From the NCBI GenBank assembly GCA_039818205.1, contig JBCBUK010000008.1, positions 32,001 through 96,000 of the forward strand: DNA of 64,000 bases. Reading direction: 5' to 3'. The notes beneath the pieces were generated by a model, which ran no database searches, was not told where the DNA came from, and worked only from the letters and a program-made list of their open reading frames with translations. Below, one piece after another: positions 8,106 through 18,362 of the stretch (its first letter is position 1; the number at the start of each line of letters is the position of its first letter). The position numbers and the translations under genes are program-made. This DNA is from Verrucomicrobiota bacterium. GTDB taxonomy: Bacteria > Verrucomicrobiota > Verrucomicrobiia > Opitutales > Cerasicoccaceae.

Positions 8106-10229
8106 CTAGAGCGAACCTGCAGCAGTTTGCTCAGTCGCCTTTCGAATCAAATCTCGCTCTTTTCCCAGTCTAAACTCAACGCCCTCTAAGAGCTCCGGTG
8201 TCTCACTGGACAACGCATAGGAGAGTAGAAAATAGGGTGCGATATTGTTTTTTACCTCAGGGTCGAATGCCATCGTAGCGAGTAAGCGCTGGCCCAGCTC
8301 TTCGCGCCCAGACTGCCGGTAAACAAAGGCTAGAACCGAATACATGTTCGAGTTTTTCGGATACTCAGCAATTAGGTTTTCAGCGTAGTAACGGCAAGAA
8401 GCTAGGTCGTCTTCATAGAGCGCCTTTAGATATACTACAAAGACTTGGTGGTAGGCAGCGTTGAGAAATGTATCGAGCGATATCTGTGGCAGAGAGGCCT
8501 GCAACTCTTTCTCGAGCCCATTGGAGTAGAGATACTCAAGGTATCGGCTAACGACAAGGGGGTTGTTCGACATGCGACGGAAGGATTCCTTATAGAACTC
8601 AAGTAGGCTGGCCTCATCGAGGCTCCGCACCATGAGTGCTTCAATCTCAACCCAGTCGTTTGTCTCGGCAAATTCCAGGGTTTGTTGCAGATACTCGCGA
8701 AATGCCGCGGTATCCCTCTGTTTCTTGGCCAGGAGCACTCGATAAGTTGAGCGATTGATCGGGGAAATCTGGAAGTCTCGTGATTCGGGAGGCAGGTCCA
8801 GTAAGCGGGCAGCTTCGACGAGGTCTGGCTCATCACCAAGGATCAAACGCTGTAGGTGCAGAGTTGAAACGCTGTTGTCGGATGCCAGCAGTTTATCGGT
8901 AACGATCTGGTCGGCGACTTCATAGATCTCGAAGATAAGGAACGACCGAATGCCTGCCTCTCGCTCTTCGGCGTCCTCCCAATCGTAGATAGCCATTACG
9001 CCATCAATGAGCTCTTGGCGATTAATTGCGTCGAATTCAAATGCTCGAAAGTAGGCATAGGCTTTATCATCGGGCTTAGCCTCGGGATGTTCAGCAATGT
9101 GGCGCAGGAACTTGTTGAAATCGAACCGCTCATCGTCAACCAGACGTCCTGGGTAGGCGATCACAAAGCGGCTGATTTCGATGCCGACCTCGTCATCCCG
9201 ATATAGGTGTTCGTCGATGTAATCGATTAGCCGATCCTGGGCTCCGTTAGTTCGATCGAACCAGAGTTGCTCGGCCAAAATGCCATGGATCGTCACGGTA
9301 TCTTTGCCCTCCTTGGCGTGTCGCTTTGCGAGCTGAAAGGCATTGACCAATCGCCCTTGAGCCAACATCAACCGGATTTCCGCATCGACCACGAATTCGT
9401 GTTCCGGATAGCGGTCCTTAAGCATTGAAAGGTAATCATAACCTACTTTGATCTGTCCGTAATCGGCGGCATTTTCAATGATGTTGGTTAGCGACTGCGC
9501 ATCGAAACCATGGATTTTCGCCAATCGCTCGTTCCACCAGATTAACTCCGGATTGCGGTTTTCTTCAGCGAGCTCGACCACGAGCTCAAGCGCTTCACGG
9601 TCATCCGGGCGAAGCAATGCAGCCGTGCGGGCTTTTCCGTAAGCTTTAACCAACTGATCCTGCTCCTTGAGTTCCTTAGCTTCGGCCAAAATCGCTTCGC
9701 TGCGCTCGGCCTTCACGGCCCTCACCCACCACGGAGCGGTTCCGATAACACCAACCCCGCCAACTACGGCGATTACCGATAGAATTCGGACGAAAAGTGG
9801 CAGTTTCAGCCAGACGAAGAATGACCATTCCACCGTGTTGAGCGCCTTGGCAATCATGCCGCGGTAGCTAAACCAGAGGTCGGCAATGGCGTCGCGAATC
9901 GACATGCGGCGCAGCTCATTCAGTTTGCGAAACGTTGCTTTGGTCAGCGTGATTGGAGACAACAAAAGCGAAACGAACCAGGAGCCGACCTGCTCCTTCT
10001 TTCGCGCATTTTGCATCTGAGACATTGCGCGCTTCTCTTCTCGCTCCCGTTGGGCGACCTTCTTGCGAGCCTCCGACGATCCCTGCCATTCGCCAACCTG
10101 CTTGCCGAAATAGCGAAAATAGCCACCCACGTGTCGGAAACGGCGTTTCAGTCCGTGGCGGAAGAAATGGCTGATGTCAGCGAAGAAGTCGCCAACGACT
10201 TTCTTTAGTTTTCGGAAGAAGAAACTCAA
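8106..10229 (-). CDS. large membrane-anchored helical (TPR-like) hypothetical protein
   Basis: Long ORF with a basic N-terminal region, a TM helix (ILSVIAVVGGVGVIGTAPWW) and a helical-repeat C-terminal region. Start placed at TTG 10229 because the 10388 start overlaps purD. Confidence 0.6.
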   Translation of the reverse strand: MSFFFRKLKKVVGDFFADISHFFRHGLKRRFRHVGGYFRYFGKQVGEWQGSSEARKKVAQREREEKRAMSQMQNARKKEQVGSWFVSLLLSPITLTKATFRKLNELRRMSIRDAIADLWFSYRGMIAKALNTVEWSFFVWLKLPLFVRILSVIAVVGGVGVIGTAPWWVRAVKAERSEAILAEAKELKEQDQLVKAYGKARTAALLRPDDREALELVVELAEENRNPELIWWNERLAKIHGFDAQSLTNIIENAADYGQIKVGYDYLSMLKDRYPEHEFVVDAEIRLMLAQGRLVNAFQLAKRHAKEGKDTVTIHGILAEQLWFDRTNGAQDRLIDYIDEHLYRDDEVGIEISRFVIAYPGRLVDDERFDFNKFLRHIAEHPEAKPDDKAYAYFRAFEFDAINRQELIDGVMAIYDWEDAEEREAGIRSFLIFEIYEVADQIVTDKLLASDNSVSTLHLQRLILGDEPDLVEAARLLDLPPESRDFQISPINRSTYRVLLAKKQRDTAAFREYLQQTLEFAETNDWVEIEALMVRSLDEASLLEFYKESFRRMSNNPLVVSRYLEYLYSNGLEKELQASLPQISLDTFLNAAYHQVFVVYLKALYEDDLASCRYYAENLIAEYPKNSNMYSVLAFVYRQSGREELGQRLLATMAFDPEVKNNIAPYFLLSYALSSETPELLEGVEFRLGKERDLIRKATEQTAAGSL

Positions 10230-10349
10230 AACACCACTATTGAAAGGGGGCGATATCGTGCCGGGCAACTGGAAAGTGCCCGGAAAATGCACGGAAATAC
10301 CGCATTCCGGTGTTGCGCGATTGGTTCCGCTCGGTTTTTGTCCGGGTCC

Positions 10350-11627
10350 ATGAAGGTATTGGTTATCGGTTCTGGAGGGCGTGAACATGCGTTGGTCCAG
10401 GCCTGTCTAAAGAGTTCGATCGTAAATTCGGTGGTTGCAGCGCCAGGAAACGGCGGCATGGCCCAGGAAGCTGAATGCCTCCCGGTGGACGTCAATCGCG
10501 TTGAGGAAATCGTTGCCTTGGCCAAAGAGGTCGCCGCCGATCTCGTCATCGTTGGCCCCGAGGCACCGCTCGCGATTGGCGCTAGTGATGCTTTGCGTGG
10601 CGCTGGCTTTGAGGTTTACGGGCCGAATCTGGATGGAGCGCGCCTCGAGGCCAGCAAAACCTTCACCAAAGACTTTCTCCTAAGAAACAATATCCCCACG
10701 GCCAAGGGCGAGCGATTCAAGGACTTTACCCAAGCACTCACGTTTCTGCAATCAGTCGAATACCCAATCGTCATTAAGGCCGACGGATTGGCCGCGGGCA
10801 AAGGCGTATTAATTTGCCCGGATTTCGAAGATGCCGAACGCGTTGCGAAAAACATGCTCGTGAAGAGCCAGTTCGGTGATGCTGGTCATGAGATTCTTGT
10901 CGAAGAATTTATGGACGGCGAGGAAGCCTCGATCATGCTGATGGTCAGCGGCGAAGACTACGTGATGCTCCCGGCTAGCCAGGACCACAAACGAGCTGGC
11001 GAAGGCGATACAGGACTCAATACGGGTGGTATGGGAGCCTACGCTCCAGCCGCCGTTGTTGACGAAGCCGTCGAGGCCAAGGTGCGCCAGGAAATCATCG
11101 AGCCAACCTTGAAAGCGCTCAAAGATGACGGTGTCGACTATCGTGGCACGCTTTATATCGGAATCATGGTTATGCCGGATGGTCAGCCAAAGGTCGTTGA
11201 ATTTAACGTTCGTTTTGGCGACCCCGAGTGTCAGATCCTATTGCCGCTTTTGGAGGACGACCCCGTCAAACTGATGCTGGATTGTGCTCGCGGAGAATTG
11301 AAGCCCGAATTGGTCCGGGTCAAAGATGAATATGCGGCGATCGTTGTGATGGCCGCAGGCGGTTACCCAGGTGCCTATCGCAAGGGCGATGTCATTTCGT
11401 TTCCGGGGGAGATCCCATCCAATGGTGCGATTGTCCACGCAGGGACGAAACAAAACGACGAGGGAGAAATTTTAACGGCCGGTGGTCGTGTCCTCGGTGT
11501 CGTTTCGACGGGCCCTACACTGCAGGCGGCTTGCGACGACGCCTACGCCCTGGTGGATCAGGTTTCCTGGAAAGACGCGTATTTTCGACGAGATATTGCC
11601 TGGCGCCAGTTGAAGCGCGACAGCTAG
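10350..11627 (+). CDS. purD: phosphoribosylamine--glycine ligase
   Basis: MKVLVIGSGGREHAL, KADGLAAGKGV, QDHKR, NTGGMGAY, EFNVRFGDPE. Confidence 0.97.
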   Translation: MKVLVIGSGGREHALVQACLKSSIVNSVVAAPGNGGMAQEAECLPVDVNRVEEIVALAKEVAADLVIVGPEAPLAIGASDALRGAGFEVYGPNLDGARLEASKTFTKDFLLRNNIPTAKGERFKDFTQALTFLQSVEYPIVIKADGLAAGKGVLICPDFEDAERVAKNMLVKSQFGDAGHEILVEEFMDGEEASIMLMVSGEDYVMLPASQDHKRAGEGDTGLNTGGMGAYAPAAVVDEAVEAKVRQEIIEPTLKALKDDGVDYRGTLYIGIMVMPDGQPKVVEFNVRFGDPECQILLPLLEDDPVKLMLDCARGELKPELVRVKDEYAAIVVMAAGGYPGAYRKGDVISFPGEIPSNGAIVHAGTKQNDEGEILTAGGRVLGVVSTGPTLQAACDDAYALVDQVSWKDAYFRRDIAWRQLKRDS

Positions 11628-11697
11628 ACCGGCTCTTTTCTTATTCGCGAACTAATTTTAGTGCAACGACCGCATACCCGAGTATAGAACCTTTGCA

Positions 11698-12192
11698 ATG
11701 GCTGATCGCGACCACATCATCATCGTTTGCACGGCGAATATTTGCCGTAGTCCAATGGGTGAACGCCTATTGGCCCATGGTCTGGCCGCTGAAGACTCAC
11801 CCGTAAATGGCTTGCGAGTCGTATCGGCAGGCGTTTCTGCCTACAATGGGGATCCCGCGTCGCAAAACTCAGTCTTGGCACTGAAACCTGTTGGATTGGA
11901 TTTGACCGATCACCAGAGCCAGCAGATCAGTCAGGAACTCCTCGACAAGGCATTTGCGGTTTTCTGCATGACCCAGACTCATCGCACGCTCATCGAGGTT
12001 CATTTCCGCAGTTTGCCCGCCCACCTGTTCCTTTTTCGGGAGCTGATTGGTGGTGGTGCCTCGGTTGAGATTCCCGATCCTTTTGGGCGCGCATTGGGTG
12101 AATACGAGATATGCCGAGATTCGATGGTCGAGGCCATTCCTAGCCTCCTCAAATTTTTACGTACGGAATATCCTAAATACGTTAACAGCTAG
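11698..12192 (+). CDS. low-molecular-weight protein phosphatase (LMW-PTP/YwlE-like)
   Basis: P-loop VCTANICRSPM, SAGV, IPDPFG. Confidence 0.9.
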   Translation: MADRDHIIIVCTANICRSPMGERLLAHGLAAEDSPVNGLRVVSAGVSAYNGDPASQNSVLALKPVGLDLTDHQSQQISQELLDKAFAVFCMTQTHRTLIEVHFRSLPAHLFLFRELIGGGASVEIPDPFGRALGEYEICRDSMVEAIPSLLKFLRTEYPKYVNS

Positions 12193-12197
12193 CTCTC

Positions 12198-12656
12198 ATG
12201 AAAATCTCCATTGGATCCGACCACGGTGGCGTGGACTTAAAAATGGCTGTCGTCGCCGCCCTACAGGCCGAGGGACACGAGATTATCGATCACGGCACGA
12301 ACAACCACGATAGCGTGGATTATCCAGACTATGGCGAGGCCGTGGCCAAGGATGTCGTGGCCGGAACCGCTGACTATGGAGTCGCTATTTGCACAACGGG
12401 GATCGGGATTAGTATCTCGGTTAACAAAGTAAACGGTGCCCGCGGAGCCGTCTGCCACAACGAAGATGCGGCAGAATTCTCGCGCCGCCACAACAACGCC
12501 AACGTCATTTGCTTCGGGCAGAAGTATGACACCCCCTATATGGCGATGAAAATGGTGAAGATCTTCATTGCTACGGATTGGGAAGGCGATGGCCCGGCAG
12601 GCGACCGCCATGCTCGCCGCGTCAACAAAATGGCAAAAATAGAAGCTGAGGATTAG
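12198..12656 (+). CDS. rpiB: ribose-5-phosphate isomerase B
   Basis: GSDHGG, SVDYPDYG, ICTTGIGISI, RRHNNANV, RHARRV. Confidence 0.95.
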   Translation: MKISIGSDHGGVDLKMAVVAALQAEGHEIIDHGTNNHDSVDYPDYGEAVAKDVVAGTADYGVAICTTGIGISISVNKVNGARGAVCHNEDAAEFSRRHNNANVICFGQKYDTPYMAMKMVKIFIATDWEGDGPAGDRHARRVNKMAKIEAED

Positions 12657-12694
12657 GAACCTACCCTGTTTGCCTTCAAACCATCTGTCTGGCC

Positions 12695-13807
12695 GTGTTC
12701 TTCAGGAAAAAGAGTAAAAGCCAACACCCGGAGATTCTTGGGTTTGATCAGCGGGTCGAACAATTTTGGTTGTGGTACGCCGAGAACGCAGGTCGGTTCT
12801 ACGATGTAATCGAGGATGGGCGTTGCGAAGATCTCACCGACGAAGTTGCGAACCAAGTCCAAGAGTTGCTGCCGGGAATGGCGTGGGTATTTGGTCCCGG
12901 CTCCGAGGAGAAAGGTGGCCATTCGTTTACCTTGAGCCCCGAAGGGAACGCTCATAAACGTTTATTGACGGAGTATTGGGTTCAACAGGCCCCGGATCTT
13001 GAGCATTGGACTTTTTATTCGAGTCGACAACCTTCGGTGAGTTTCTCTGGTTCCTGGGCCATTCAGATTCATGAGAAAGAGATCGTCGCTAGCGAAATTT
13101 GGGTTTCGTTGTCGCCTCGTCAAAGTGATCAGCATGTTGATCTCGTGGCTTGGCACCCAGCATTTGCTGAGCTGCCCGAAGGCGCCGCCTACCAGATCTT
13201 GTTTATCATGTTGGACGAAGTCCTTGGAGAAGATGGCGTTGAGAAGCAGTTGGGATCGATAGATATCGGGAATGACAAACTCGCGGAGGCGATCCCGCTG
13301 AACGAACTCCGGTCCGAACTGGAAGAACTTTCAAAAAACTGGGAGAAGCCTGCTGACGGCCGGTTATGGTCATCCTATCAATTGCCTGAACCCGATGACT
13401 CGTTCCCTCGATCCGATACGATCGCCGGCAGCTCATGCCACATGCGCCTAATTAACGAGTTCCTCAATTCAGAGGGCCAAACCTCTGAAGATCCAATCGG
13501 GAAACTCGGGGCAACATTCGCATTTATATCGTTCCCCAGTAGTCACTTGCCAAATGGTGAACAGGTCATTATTCGCGGACAAATGGAAGACAAAATCATT
13601 GAGAGTTTCGAGGCAAGCGGCCAGGCCCTTCATCTGGGCGGTGCGATTGGACGGTCTCGGACCTATATTGATTTGCTGCTATTCGATCGTGGTCGTGAAA
13701 GCCTTTCGCAGATTCGCGAGATCATGAAACCTTATCAGTTGCCCAAAGACAGCGCGGTTTATCCATTTTTCGGCAATACCGGGAAGGCGATTTTTGATTT
13801 AGCCTAG
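12695..13807 (+). CDS. hypothetical protein (possibly DUF695-related)
   Basis: 370-aa ORF filling the rpiB-glyA gap; FWLWY, TLSPEG, LDEVLGE and YIDLLLFD segments; family call tentative. Confidence 0.6.
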   Translation: MFFRKKSKSQHPEILGFDQRVEQFWLWYAENAGRFYDVIEDGRCEDLTDEVANQVQELLPGMAWVFGPGSEEKGGHSFTLSPEGNAHKRLLTEYWVQQAPDLEHWTFYSSRQPSVSFSGSWAIQIHEKEIVASEIWVSLSPRQSDQHVDLVAWHPAFAELPEGAAYQILFIMLDEVLGEDGVEKQLGSIDIGNDKLAEAIPLNELRSELEELSKNWEKPADGRLWSSYQLPEPDDSFPRSDTIAGSSCHMRLINEFLNSEGQTSEDPIGKLGATFAFISFPSSHLPNGEQVIIRGQMEDKIIESFEASGQALHLGGAIGRSRTYIDLLLFDRGRESLSQIREIMKPYQLPKDSAVYPFFGNTGKAIFDLA

Positions 13808-13886
13808 GAGGCGATTTTCTCAGGCACAAATCCGCTTTTTGTTTTGCGAAAGCGGGGGAACTGATTCTAAATTGGTCCTTTAAAAT

Positions 13887-15158
13887 ATGATTACCGCAGA
13901 TTCGAACGTACTGGACGCAACCCCTCTCGCACAACTCGATCCCGAGATCTTTGCCGCCATGGAGCAAGAACGGGCCCGGCAACAAAGCCACATTGAGTTG
14001 ATTGCCTCGGAAAATTTCACGCTGCCCGCAATCGTTGAAGCGGCTGGTAGCGTGCTGACCAACAAGTACGCTGAAGGTTATCCAGGCAAGCGCTACTACG
14101 GCGGCTGCGAGTATGTTGATATCGTAGAGCAGGTAGCGATTGACCGCGCGAAAGCTCTTTTTGGTGCGGACCATGCCAATGTCCAACCGCACTCAGGTAG
14201 TCAGGCAAATTTTGCGGTCTATGCTGCCACTCTCAAGCCAGGCGATAAGATTTTGACAATGAATCTTTCCGATGGTGGACACCTGACCCACGGAAATCCC
14301 GCTAACTTCAGCGGAAAGCTCTATGAGGTAGTCCACTACCACGTGAGCTCTGAAGACGGCCGCATCGACTATGACAACCTGGCGGCACAGGCCGAGAAGG
14401 AAAAGCCGAAGATGATCACCGTTGGCGCCTCTGCGTATCCGCGGATTATCGATTTCGAGCGCATGGGTGAGATCGCCCGCAGCGTAGGTGCCCTGCTCCT
14501 GGCTGACATCGCCCATATCGCTGGTCTGGTCGCAGCAGGTGAGCACCCATCACCGGTTGCTCACGCTGATTTTGTAACCACCACCACCCACAAGACACTG
14601 CGTGGTCCTCGTGGCGGTTTGATCCTTTGCAAAGAAGAATTCACCAAGGCAATCAACAGCGCGGTCTTCCCCGGTGGCCAAGGTGGCCCATTGATGCATA
14701 TCATCGCCGCCAAAGCAGTCTGCTTCCAAGAAGCGGCAAAGCCCAGCTTCAAGGGCTACGCTGCCCAGGTTCGCGCAAACGCAGCGGCGATGGCCGACGC
14801 CCTGATCTCCAAGGGCTATCACTTGTCGAGTGGTGGAACAGATAACCACTTGGTATTGGTGGACTTGCGTCCAAGCCACCCGGACTTGACCGGTAAGGTT
14901 GCCCAGATCTCGCTCGATAAGGCAAACATCACGACTAACCGGAATACGGTTCCCGGTGAAACCCGTAGCCCTTTCCAAACCAGTGGCGTACGCCTTGGAA
15001 CCCCGGCAGTCACCAGCCGTGGCATGAAGGAAGCGGAGATGTCGCGCATTGTCGACGCGATTGACATCGTTTTGGGTGCTCCTGACAGCGAGGAAAAGAT
15101 TGCCGAAGCCAAAGCGATTGCATTGGAGCTAAGCGAACAATTCCCCCTTCCCTACTAA
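13887..15158 (+). CDS. glyA: serine hydroxymethyltransferase
   Basis: [49 protein letters not shown]. Confidence 0.98.
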   Translation: MITADSNVLDATPLAQLDPEIFAAMEQERARQQSHIELIASENFTLPAIVEAAGSVLTNKYAEGYPGKRYYGGCEYVDIVEQVAIDRAKALFGADHANVQPHSGSQANFAVYAATLKPGDKILTMNLSDGGHLTHGNPANFSGKLYEVVHYHVSSEDGRIDYDNLAAQAEKEKPKMITVGASAYPRIIDFERMGEIARSVGALLLADIAHIAGLVAAGEHPSPVAHADFVTTTTHKTLRGPRGGLILCKEEFTKAINSAVFPGGQGGPLMHIIAAKAVCFQEAAKPSFKGYAAQVRANAAAMADALISKGYHLSSGGTDNHLVLVDLRPSHPDLTGKVAQISLDKANITTNRNTVPGETRSPFQTSGVRLGTPAVTSRGMKEAEMSRIVDAIDIVLGAPDSEEKIAEAKAIALELSEQFPLPY

Positions 15159-15320
15159 ATTAGGCGAACTTTTTTCGTGTTAACCCGCGGAAAAAGCAAA
15201 AAATTTTGCTTCCCTACCGGATCAAAGTGATATTCATAGATAACTTGTTTAATATATATTGAATAATATTAGCGCCTGAAATACGTGCTTAACATCAATC
15301 CCTTAACCCGAATCCCGGAA

Positions 15321-16028
15321 ATGACACTATCCCGCAAATCATTACGCCGCAAGGCGTTCACGCTCGTCGAGTTGCTGACGGTTATTGCTATCATTGGCAT
15401 CCTGGCGGCAATTCTTATTCCTGCCGTTGGTAAGGTGCAGGAAGAGGCGAAAAAGACCTCGGCTTCATCGAATGGTCGCCAAATTGGTCTTGCCTACAAT
15501 ACCTTCTCGAATTCGGGCGGGCGCACCCGTAACATCAAATCTGACGGTGCCAAGGAAAGCTTGGGCGCAGCAAGTGTTAGCGACTATGCTTGGATTCTCG
15601 CGAAATACGGCGGTCTGAATGATGCGTCTATCTGGTACATCGAGAGCGACGATGCGCTTTCAAATGCTGACATTCCTCAAACCGTTTTGGATGAAGCTGG
15701 AACCGGCACTCGCTTGGCAGATGCATCTCCGATCAGCTGGGGCGTAGTAACTGGACTTTCGAAGAATGCTCCAACCAGCACCACTCCAATGGCTGCAACC
15801 CGTGGTCTTGGCGCTGGCGGCGCATCAACAGAGTGGCAAGATGACTCTCCTTGGAGGGGAACTGGTGGCCACGTTGTATTCCTTGATGGCCACGTCACCT
15901 GGTATCAGGATTTCACCCTGGACCCACTCCTGAAGTATGGTGAGAGCACCGAGGCAAATACATTTTCAGATGCCGTCAATGAAACTGCGACTTACCTCGA
16001 AGACTCCGGTGGTAACTCCGGCGAGTAA
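15321..16028 (+). CDS. prepilin-type N-terminal cleavage/methylation protein (pseudopilin, H-X9-DG-like C-terminal motif)
   Basis: RRKA|FTLVELLTVIAIIGILAAILIP and C-terminal WRGTGGHVVFLDGHV. Confidence 0.88.
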   Translation: MTLSRKSLRRKAFTLVELLTVIAIIGILAAILIPAVGKVQEEAKKTSASSNGRQIGLAYNTFSNSGGRTRNIKSDGAKESLGAASVSDYAWILAKYGGLNDASIWYIESDDALSNADIPQTVLDEAGTGTRLADASPISWGVVTGLSKNAPTSTTPMAATRGLGAGGASTEWQDDSPWRGTGGHVVFLDGHVTWYQDFTLDPLLKYGESTEANTFSDAVNETATYLEDSGGNSGE

Positions 16029-16059
16029 TTGACTGGCCTAGTATTCGTAAATTCTTTCG

Positions 16060-16089
16060 CCGGAGCACCCTAGTGTGCTCCGGTTTTTT
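16060..16089 (+). terminator. rho-independent terminator
   Basis: CCGGAGCAC-CCTAGT-GTGCTCCGG-TTTTTT directly after the pilin gene. Confidence 0.85.
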
Positions 16090-16208
16090 ATGTACTGTCA
16101 TAGAGATTTCGCGTTTCGCGAGTAAAGTTTCCTTTATTGCGGTCAAAAACACTCGATTATTGAAAACGGGCGAGCGGACTGCTACGGATTCGTCTTTTGA
16201 ACACCTTG

Positions 16209-17885
16209 ATGAAGACACCGACTTATATTATTGGACACAAGAATCCGGATGCCGACGCGATCTGTTCCGCAATCGCGTATGCGGCTTACAAGGAGGCAAT
16301 TGGCGAGCAAGGGTATATCCCAGCTCGGTGTGGCAACTCCAACGCACGAATAGATGCCATTTTGAAGCGATTTGATGTCCCCCTGCCCCAGTTTGTGGGT
16401 GACGTAACGCCGCGGGTGCGAGACATCATGAAGCGCAACATTCATCATATTGATCGCAATGCGACCTGTGCGGATGCGCTCGAGATCATTGATGAGCATG
16501 ATATCCGTTCTCTTCCCGTACTCGAGGAAGATGGAACACTGGCCGGCCAGGTGTCGATTTTTGCCCTTGGTGAGTTTTTCATTCCGAAGCCTAAGGAGCC
16601 CCGTAAAATGAGGCACGTCCGCACGACCGTTCGCCAAATCATTCGGTCCCTCGAAGCGACCGTATTGTATGTCTGTGACGAAGACCGGGTTGGCGATTTT
16701 TTCGTTCGTGTGGGCGCCATGGATATCCGTTCATTTGGTCACTTCACGGAAACTGAGGGCATCAGCTTGAAGGAGAGCATTGTAGTCGTCGGTGACCGCT
16801 GGGATATTCAACAAAAAGCAATTCAAGGTGGGGCCCGTTTAGTGGTAATTACGGGCGGCCTTGAGGTTGAAGATGAGGTTGTGCAGCTTGCCCGAGACCT
16901 CAACGTTTCGTTGATTGTAAGCCAGTCGGACTCGGCGACCAGCTCATGGATCATCCGAACCTCGACCCTCTTGGAGCCGATGATTGATACGGAGGTTCGG
17001 ACCTTTGGACCGGATGAAAAGATTGCTCATGTGAAGCGCAAGGTCTCGAGCCTGAGTGCGCCGATTTTTTGTGTGGTTGATGACAGCCAGAAACTCCTTG
17101 GTCTGTTCTCGAAGACGGACCTGCTTAAGCCGATTCCGAAAAGTCTAATCCTCGTGGACCACAATGAGCTTGGCCAAGCCGTCGACGGCGCAGCTGATAT
17201 TCAGATTTCTGAAATTATTGATCACCATCGCCTTGGAAACGCGCCGACCGCACAGCCGATTTACTTCCGGAACGAAATTATTGGTTCTACTTGCAGCATT
17301 ATTGCGAGCATGTTCCGCGACTCTAAGATTGATCCAAGTCCGACAGTCGCCGGTATCATGATGGCCGGTTTGATTTCGGATACGTTGAATCTTCAAAGCC
17401 CAACCTCGACGGAAAAAGATGCTGAGCTACTACCGTGGCTGCGCGATCTTGCCGGGGTGTCGGTTGAGGAGATTTCGGACCTGGTCTTCAATTCCGGTTC
17501 GATTATTTTGAATTCCACACCAGATCGCGTTATCGAGACTGATTGCAAGAAGTATGAGCAAGGCGCAATCAAGTATTCGGTCTCGCAGATCGAAGAGTTA
17601 GGATACGACAATTTCTGGAAGAATAGTGACCAGATCACGGCAGCACTTGATGCCTACCGTGAATCGAATCAACTCGATTTCTCCTGCCTGCTGGTGACCG
17701 ATATCAACCAGCAGAATTCCCTGTTATTGACCTCGGGTGATGCGGAAATTGTTGGTAATATTTCGTTCTCTCATGTCGATAATCACCGAAATATCTTCGA
17801 TATGCCTAATATTGTTTCCCGCAAAAAGCAGCTGATTCCTTACCTGACTAGCTTGCTTCAAGGCATGGGAGTTGAGACCGTTTGA
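16209..17885 (+). CDS. ppaC: Mn-dependent family II inorganic pyrophosphatase with CBS and DRTGG domains
   Basis: GHKNPDAD, CBS segment, VGDR...ITGG (DRTGG), LVDHNE, IIDHH, ISDTL, VSRKKQLIP. Confidence 0.92.
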   Translation: MKTPTYIIGHKNPDADAICSAIAYAAYKEAIGEQGYIPARCGNSNARIDAILKRFDVPLPQFVGDVTPRVRDIMKRNIHHIDRNATCADALEIIDEHDIRSLPVLEEDGTLAGQVSIFALGEFFIPKPKEPRKMRHVRTTVRQIIRSLEATVLYVCDEDRVGDFFVRVGAMDIRSFGHFTETEGISLKESIVVVGDRWDIQQKAIQGGARLVVITGGLEVEDEVVQLARDLNVSLIVSQSDSATSSWIIRTSTLLEPMIDTEVRTFGPDEKIAHVKRKVSSLSAPIFCVVDDSQKLLGLFSKTDLLKPIPKSLILVDHNELGQAVDGAADIQISEIIDHHRLGNAPTAQPIYFRNEIIGSTCSIIASMFRDSKIDPSPTVAGIMMAGLISDTLNLQSPTSTEKDAELLPWLRDLAGVSVEEISDLVFNSGSIILNSTPDRVIETDCKKYEQGAIKYSVSQIEELGYDNFWKNSDQITAALDAYRESNQLDFSCLLVTDINQQNSLLLTSGDAEIVGNISFSHVDNHRNIFDMPNIVSRKKQLIPYLTSLLQGMGVETV

Positions 17886-17898
17886 GCTAGACACGCAC

Positions 17899-18144
17899 AT
17901 GCAAGAAAATCACTGTCCATCAATGGAATCCTGCCCCAACGATACGAAAGCAATACAAGCGCTTATCCACGATCTCAACGGGCAAATATTCTTGATTCGC
18001 GGTCATGCTGAGATCGCAAAACGCTCCGAAAAGATGGAGCAGCGTGACGACAGCTTGAACAAAATTCAGGAAGGAACGGATGAGCTGGAACGCCTGGTGA
18101 AGGCGATTCGGGCGAATGTCGAGCAGTTCCGCCGCGGTGATTGA
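17899..18144 (+). CDS. stand-alone histidine-kinase DHp (HisKA)-like small protein
   Basis: H-box-like LIHDLNGQIFLIRGHAEI followed by a second helix LNKIQEGTDELERLVKAI; no ATPase domain. Confidence 0.6.
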   Translation: MQENHCPSMESCPNDTKAIQALIHDLNGQIFLIRGHAEIAKRSEKMEQRDDSLNKIQEGTDELERLVKAIRANVEQFRRGD

Positions 18145-18362
18145 TTGCGCCTGCAATATCGCTTAACTGGTGCATTTATCGTCCGATTAATCACTTACGG
18201 ACAATGAAACTACCGAGAAATAGAATTATCAGCACCGTAACGAGTCTGACCGAGATTCCTGAGCCAAGACAGAGTCCACAGTCCTTACCGGATGAGAATG
18301 ACGAGAAAGTCCTTCGATTAACTGCAGAGCGTGTCCTTGAGACTGCCCTGTTCGATCTATGG

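Noticed and set aside
10230..10388. N-terminal extensions given in the ORF track (8106..10388, purD from 10287; likewise folD from 33874, pabC from 39475, TPR to 41878)
   Set aside because: They overlap neighbouring genes and precede the recognisable family N-termini; shorter starts were used.
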